A stretch of 64,000 nt of DNA from Eledone cirrhosa (Eukaryota): contig OZ024740.1 of the NCBI GenBank assembly GCA_964016885.1, forward strand, positions 167,028,001 to 167,092,000. Direction: 5' to 3'. The position numbers and the translations under genes are program-made. Positions 56,968 through 64,000 of the stretch are shown piece by piece. The notes under the pieces were generated by a model. The model had not been told where the DNA came from. It ran no database searches and saw nothing but the letters and a program-made list of their open reading frames with translations. Every line of letters starts with the position of its first letter. Positions within the stretch are counted from its first letter, which is position 1.

Positions 56968-57240
56968 AGTATGTATGTACATATACATATAGAAAGATAC
57001 ACACGCATACAGAGAAACTGAGAAACGTGAATGAACGGCGTGAGTGAGCGGAGAAGTGAATTTGTTTTTAATTAGGAAATTTCTTTGATCTCTTTAATTA
57101 AAATATAAAATGAATATATTGATTCTTATACGATGCTGAACTCATGAATGTTTTTAATCATTCACATTTTTCTGTCACCTCTAGCCTGCATGATTTCAGA
57201 TAGAGACTTTAAGATGTTAAAATGTATCCACACATATATA

Positions 57241-57690
57241 AACGAGACCTGAAAAATGCGCAAGCTTAAAAGAGCCACAGAATGTTATAATACACCTTTA
57301 AAAATGTGGGACTACTGTTGTTGCTAAAACATATTGTAATCATTAACTATCGTACACTCTGTGGCATCCTTATATAAAAAAGAGACTCATAACGAACTCA
57401 AGACGACACGATAGATATTTTAGCTAATGTTCAATATCTCATATTAGATGTTTAGTAAATGATTAATACGAAATGCACTGAAACCGAATTCTATATTATA
57501 GATTCACTTAAATAATTATCGTGTCGTCTTGAGTTCGTTATGAGTCTCTTTTTTGTAAAAGGATGCCACAGAGTGTACGATAGATAAGGATTACAATATT
57601 TTTGAGCAACAACTCTAGTCCCATACTTTTGAAGGTTTATTATAACATTCTGTGGCTCTTTTGAGCTTGCGCATTTTTCAGGTCTAGTTT
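57241..57690. mobile_element. Foldback or MITE-like element with ~172-bp arms and ~104-bp spacer
   Basis: 57241-57412 pairs with 57517-57690, with scattered mismatches. Confidence 0.75.
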
Positions 57691-58387
57691 AATATTTTTT
57701 TAAGGCAACGCTTGTAATAACTCTAGATAAACATGTTATATATTAATAATAAATTATCGTTGTAATATAATTAGATTATATAATTGTTATTTTATAAATG
57801 ATCTTATAAATATTATTGTAGGATGTATAAAAATATTTTCAGACTTTTAATATAAACAACTACAAAAAACAATCAATATTAAATACATATATTTTACATA
57901 ATAATTGTTATATTTGAATTAATAAAAATTAAATATTACAAACAAATAGTCTAACATAAACATAAAAAAAATAATCTAACATAATATTAATAAAATAATC
58001 TAACATAAAACGAAAAATAATATGAACATGTATAGAAGTAAATATGATACAACCAATATACTAAGCATGTTATAACGAACTGAAAAAAATAGTTAATATA
58101 AATTTTAAAAAATAATATATAAATTAACAATATAACTTACCAAAACGAGAAAAATATTTTGATGATAAAACGACAAAATACAGGAGAGAGATTCGAAAGC
58201 GAAACGATAAATAATCGTGCAAACAAAACGCTTTTGAGCAACAATTACTCTCGTTGGTTGATTAGCCAATAAGACGATGAAATTAGCCAATAAGACGATA
58301 CATTACAAAGCATGTTTGGAAGGAATCGCCACGGCCAGCGATACGCCTTTAATCTTTTATTCACAAGCTACGCATATATTGTCACAC

Positions 58388-58492
58388 AACATGCAGACTT
58401 AAAACATTCTGTTGTTAGTCACTGCGTGTCTAACAGATCAGACAACATGCAGACTTAAAACATTTTGTTGTTATTCACTGCGTGTCTAACAG

Positions 58493-58495
<3 letters not shown>
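58388..58495. repeat. ~55-bp tandem duplication
   Basis: AACATGCAGACTTAAAACATT..CACTGCGTGTCTAACAGAT occurs twice. Confidence 0.85.
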
Positions 58496-58544
<49 letters not shown>

Positions 58545-58551
<7 letters not shown>

Positions 58552-58758
58552 GTGAGGTTTTTTTTTACAAATTGAAAAATAACCAAGGTGTCCTACACGA
58601 GTGAAAGTATAAAGAAAAAGAGATGAAATCGAAAATGCAACTGAGTCTTATTTTTTTAAAAAATATATATATTTATTTGGTTCCTTTACCGGTTTCGCAG
58701 TTCTTCTGCTTTTCAAAAGTAGAATAAGACTCAGTTGCATTTTCGATTTCATCTCTTT

Positions 58759-58762
<4 letters not shown>
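58545..58762 (-). mobile_element. Mini inverted remnant of the 13695-17740 Neptune family
   Basis: Tail plus pLTR through the HHR, then a 40-bp inverted pLTR end at 58723-58762. Confidence 0.9.
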
Positions 58763-58796
<34 letters not shown>

Positions 58797-58798
<2 letters not shown>

Positions 58799-60345
58799 TA
58801 AAACTTGTATTGTATTGAATGATTTCTCTACTCTAGATCTCAGGACTTTTTGTGACTCGCACTGAATTCGGAACCCGAACTTTACACTAGATACAACCTG
58901 TTACCATTCCATCTCCTCCATCCTCTGTATCTATATCTATATGTACAACTTGTATTATTTTACTACAACTTGATCTATATTGATTCTTATATACCTTTAT
59001 TAATGTTTTTACTATCTCATTAATGTATATTTTATTATTTTTTTATTATTTTATTAATGTATTTTTATCAATGTATTCTATATTTATATTGGTATTTTAT
59101 CTTTGTATGCTGCTTTTATTATTTTTTCGTATTTTTTCGTAACTTTTCCTTACTCAGGTCGTTATGCACCTTCATAGCCCCTACCCACCTAAGAACCACA
59201 CTACCTATAACCCGGACTAACTGGGACTTTAAAATAATTTTGGTCTATTTGCACTTTTCATTGGGTTGTTACCTTCGACTTGTGTGGTGGCTTTTTCCCG
59301 GCTGCGCGCTGGGCACTCGGAAAGTTCAGCCTTCCTTGAATGCTCGGAAAAATAAATTTCTCCTCTTTCGGTAAATGAGATTACTCGGAGCGGGTTGCTT
59401 TGCCCCGGTCCCACCGCGCCGCCTGTTTTGGCCGCCACATTATACCTGTACCTACAAACTCCAGGTTTGGGCATAACTATTAGCTGTATCATGCCTCTAC
59501 TGACACGTAAATAAATGTATGATTTAATAGTATTCGTGGTATAGACGATGGCCTGTCGAAATTGTGGAGTTCCCGCTAGCGATCCCGCGGCCAAAGTTAG
59601 CTACGTTCCTAGAGTACTCGGAAAAATTAATTTCCATTTCTTTCGCTGGACGATACCACTCGAGACTGGCTGACTCATGGTGGTGGGTGTGCTGGCTGGG
59701 ACTCCAAATCGAAATCTTTACTCTACATCCCATCCTAATATCTTATCGAGTTAAACAAATTTTCATATAAGACTCTCTCCGTAATTTCATTAAATAAATA
59801 AATCTCGCTACCTCTATTTTTCGATTTACCATTTTGCAATTTAATATTTTTAATTTAATTTATTTCATCCTGTAACTCGCAACATAAGTTTAGCGTTCCA
59901 ATCTTCTGTTCACACATTAGACCATACAGACACACATTATAGATTCTTTGGGTAGCATTTTTTCGCGGCATTTTCTAACTTGAATGTAGTTTGACCCTTA
60001 TACTACACTTCTTTCTCCCTTTCTTTCTTTCTTCACCTTCTTCTTTGACGGAGTGGTGGTAGTACATTATAAGCCTGCGCCCCCTCACCAGATATTCACT
60101 GGTAGTTTTCAGTTGCCAACACTTTGAGGGCGGCTGGCTACGAAGCTAGTTGGTCAGCCGTCCTCTCTCGCTCTGGTTTCTCGGACCCATGGTCTTTCGG
60201 ACCCATGGCGTTTTACATATTCCTTTGTTATATTCAAATACCTGATGATATCATCGGATTCATATGGAACCGGGTCATTGAAATGATCATGGTATAATAA
60301 ACCTTTCAAGGATTTACACCAGTCCAGCCTCCTGTTATTTCATTT
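58797..60345 (+). mobile_element. Non-coding 1.55-kb insert in (TA)n ending in an HHR-like motif (60238-60295)
   Basis: ATAC-CTGATGA-long stem II-GAAA-TGATCA-TG-GTAT about 50 nt before the TA flank. Confidence 0.65.
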
Positions 60346-60689
60346 ATATATATATATATATATATACATTTAATATTGATATATTTTCATCAACACATAT
60401 TTTTACACACAGAGAGCCTCCGACAATACACGCATAAACACATATATATGTGTGTATGTATGTCAGTTCATATCTCCAGAGTGTTGGTGAGGGTGTATAT
60501 GCGTGGATATTGAACTTCCTGTGATAAAATACAACTAGCAAACCCTTCTCTTTCCACATTTACTCTTAACGCAGTTATCAGGAAAATTCCCGGAGTCACA
60601 GCGTGCCACAAAACTGGTTATTTACGTTACAGCAACATCATATTTTTCTAAGCTGAGTAGTCAGGTCTAAATAGACTAAAGTCTGTCTG

Positions 60690-60950
60690 GGAGGCTCATC
60701 GGGACGGTACGTACCCGGTGTCCATAGCTTGACGTTACTGAGAGTAGAAAACTCCTCTCTCGGTTGGACGCTAGTTCATTGCATACTTAAATCCCCGACT
60801 ATTGCCGGTACTCACTTTCAACTGAGTATGCTGGAACAATGTGAAATGATACGTTTTGCTCAAAATCACAACACAAAATCTAGTCCAGAATCGAACTCAT
60901 GACATTATGATCGTAATCTCAACACTCATATCACTATGTCACGCACCTCC
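60690..60950 (-). mobile_element. Decayed tRNA-derived SINE with CORE-like domain
   Basis: Reverse-strand B-box (GAGTTCGATTC at about 60888-60898) followed by a CORE-like GTGTTGTGATTTTGAGCAA. Confidence 0.6.
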
Positions 60951-61624
60951 ACTGAATGAACTTGACCATCATGAATTATTGTTTCTTGCTCACGAAAAAA
61001 AACGTATCGTGAGAGTTTGAACTCATGAACATACCATCGTGAACCAAGCAGCTTAACTGATAAACCACGCAAGTTCAGCTCGTATACATGTATACGTCCA
61101 AATACAACGTATGAGTACAATATAAATATGTTAATAGGATTTTGCCATGTAATTATTCATAGCAGTAGCTTATTGTATACTATCTTCTATATTCTCAATA
61201 TTTTAAAGTGAGCACACATAGAAATGTATGCTATAGAATTAATTTTAAATGACAGGATTGCTTCTGTTTTTGCTACAGTTTAGATTACGTTAGTTATGGT
61301 GAAATATGAAACAGTAGAGCATCAGACACCACGCTTTACAGCAAAGAGTTACGGCTATTTATGGTCTGAATTCAAATCTGGCCTTGTCCCAAAAGTAGAA
61401 ACAAATATTATAAATGATCTGTTTTCTTTATAAGAATCCCGAAACTGGTTTTACAATTCTATTGTTTAAAGTAATGCATATTTTTCTTTACATATGTAGA
61501 CATCATATGCAATATTGATCTCCTTGCCTCCACCTTCTGTAAATGAAACTGTAGATAACATATCACTCATACACATACACACACACGTGCAGGTACACAC
61601 ACTCACACACACAAACACGTGCAG

Positions 61625-61674
<50 letters not shown>

Positions 61675-62658
61675 TTAGATATATTGTTATACTTGGGGAG
61701 GGTCATATTTTTGTAATAATATTGTGTGTGTGTGTGTGTATATATGCATGTTTATATTTATGTGTGTGTGTGAAAGAATATGTATATACATATATAGGGG
61801 CATAGTGAGCATATGCGTTTATGTGTGCGTGTGTATGGTTAGATATAAGTGTCTGTGCGTTTTTCTGTATAAATTGAAAGTAAGATTAGATTATTTTCAA
61901 TATTTAAACATTTTTCATCTACAGCGTCTTTCCTACTCTATTATCTCTACCAAGATGATAATTCTTAGAAATATATTTTTTTCAATTATCTTAAGAACTC
62001 GAATTATATTTCATCTTTTTTCTATTATTATCTTAATATTTTTCCCAGAATCTTACCATCTAGTGACAGATATTTTCACTTGAGATGGAATATCATCAAG
62101 GTAACTAATCTAAAACGAAACTAACAAACGATAATGTGTTAGCGATAGTACTTCACAGAGATGAGCAACAGGCAAAAGCTATGGCATATTAAAAGTGATA
62201 TATAAGCATTAATTTTCCACAAGCAAATAAAATATATAAATATAATGAATGAATGTTCTCTTTCTAACTGACAGATATAATACATGAGAGGTATAAGCCA
62301 ATGAGTAAAGACTTCGCTTGATAGAAGTAGTGTTCTGCTAAATGTTCTTACGTCTCGTTATATAATACGTTTCTCAAATTATGCTGTAATAAAGAATTAT
62401 TTTCTATTTTTCTTCTTCTTGTAATTGTTTTGAGGTACGATACCCAGATTATTATCATTGTTGTTATTAAGTAGAATTGTGCAGCGACTAAATAATTACC
62501 AGTCAAGGACTGATATCGATATATGGACATTACCAATCCTGCAATATTACTCGAAATGTGACTAAATTAGAAACCATTATTCCAGTTTAGCACTGGGGTC
62601 AATTTAGTCGACATTCCCCTACCCCCCCAAATTATTGGCCTTGTGCCTAAATCAAAAA

Positions 62659-62710
<52 letters not shown>

Positions 62711-64000
62711 TTTGATATCTCACTCATTGTTGTTATTTTACCAGAAATGTTGCCCTAATGGTCATCAAGATGCTACCTGCAGCCTCAAATATTCAGTACG
62801 TATCGCAGGTTCCTTACTGTTTCCAGGAGGCATGCCTTCTGGAGTCTTCCAACAAAAATGAATGGGATAATGTTCTTTGAGCAGCGTTGGAAGTTCTTTG
62901 AGATAGTATTTTGTGCTTATTTAACTATGGCGACGACCTTGATCTAATGACAGTTACAAATCATTTTCAATTCCCTCTTTAAATGTTGGTATCGGTTAAG
63001 TTTCTCTGGTTTTTTTTTCTCTTGCACTCTTGTGTCAAATGAGTCACATCTATAATCAAGCAAGATCTTTATTCCTTTTCAAAACCACCAAGTCAGCCTA
63101 TTCTAATTCTTTGTACGTTTGTATACTGAAATCCCACAGCCCATTTACCCAATCGCTTTTATCACTGACACTGGCTTATGCTCATATCATTTCTCAGCAT
63201 GAAGCAATTTCTCAATTTTGTTAAGTGAATCACTTTTCTAATGATATCGTGCCTCCATTCTTTATAGTGAACCTGGGCTAGGTGTTTACACTCGGATACA
63301 ATATGAGCCACATTTTCCTCTCTCTTCACAGATCCTACAGGGCGAGTTAGCCTCCTCCGTGTTAATATCGTGTTTCATCTACTTCGTTCTAAGGAATTGC
63401 TCCTAAGCAACCAGTAGCAAACCCTTTGTCAAGGTCATTTTCTATAATGAGTTCCATGTCTGCGGATCTCTGAATTCTGTTTTCTTCAGAAAGATCCCAT
63501 GAAGAGTATTTTCATTCAGGTTGTTCTTCTTTATTGGATATCCGCTGGTCTAGTGTCTACCCCTTCAATACAGCCTTAAACATTGACTGTGACTTATCCC
63601 TCCACAATCAGAGATGCTAAAATATTTGTAGGTGTCCTCTTGATCAAGTCGTCTTATTTTTATGTTTATGTCCAAGTCTATGCTGAAACATGAAATTGCT
63701 TTCCTTTTCTTCAACGACTGTTTTACACACTTATCGCGACCCAAGTACGTGCCTATGGCATCATTAAAACAGCTTGCTATCTTAAGCCGACACTCCAATT
63801 TCTTATCATCTCTAGACAATGTCTTAAGATAATCGATATAGAAGAAATGGCTGTAAAGCCTTTCTTTAATTTTATAGAGTGCTTGCCATCAAACTATGTG
63901 TAGATGTAAAGTGGTAAAGCGAAAAGGTTGGTACTTTGTCATGGCCAGGTTACTTCCATTTCTGAGATTTATTTAAAGCAAATTTGTTATTTTCTTTTGT
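62711..64000 (-). pseudogene. Decayed R4/Dong-like non-LTR element (RT end, CCHC, restriction-like endonuclease) ending in (TAA)n
   Basis: SHFFYIDYLK (a degenerate YMDD-type motif), YKYF and CRIC..E.VAHIVSECKHLAQVHYKEWRHD, with an (ATT)n tract at 62661-62709. Confidence 0.8.

Overview
This is AT-rich animal genomic DNA with no convincing host gene. The tRNA-derived SINEs and (TA)n content suggest a cephalopod such as octopus, but that is inference. Two large compound (TA)n domains (about 1-13.7 kb and 44.8-57 kb) and smaller TA tracts carry many Penelope-like element (PLE) insertions. These include one Neptune-type copy with an intact RT+GIY-YIG frame, a decayed Neptune, a near-complete Hydra-clade-like copy, many short 5'-truncated or inverted 3' ends, and non-coding tandem (retrozyme-like) arrays. 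By eye I count about 24 type I hammerhead ribozyme (HHR) motifs in about 13 sequence families. Decayed CR1, RTE, L1/Tx1 and R4/Dong LINEs, SINEs and foldback elements are also present. Four observations stand out: (1) a covarying bulged hairpin (RCTC-helix-2 nt bulge-GAGY) lies about 5 nt beyond the 3' end of otherwise unrelated PLE families and may set where reverse transcription starts; (2) a UUUUUUA slippery site links an N/Q-rich upstream frame to the RT frame in Neptune copies; (3) a 467-bp HHR retrozyme array; (4) a 610-bp array with no recognisable HHR that carries three of the hairpins. All alignments and folds were done by eye, so coordinates may be off by a few bases.
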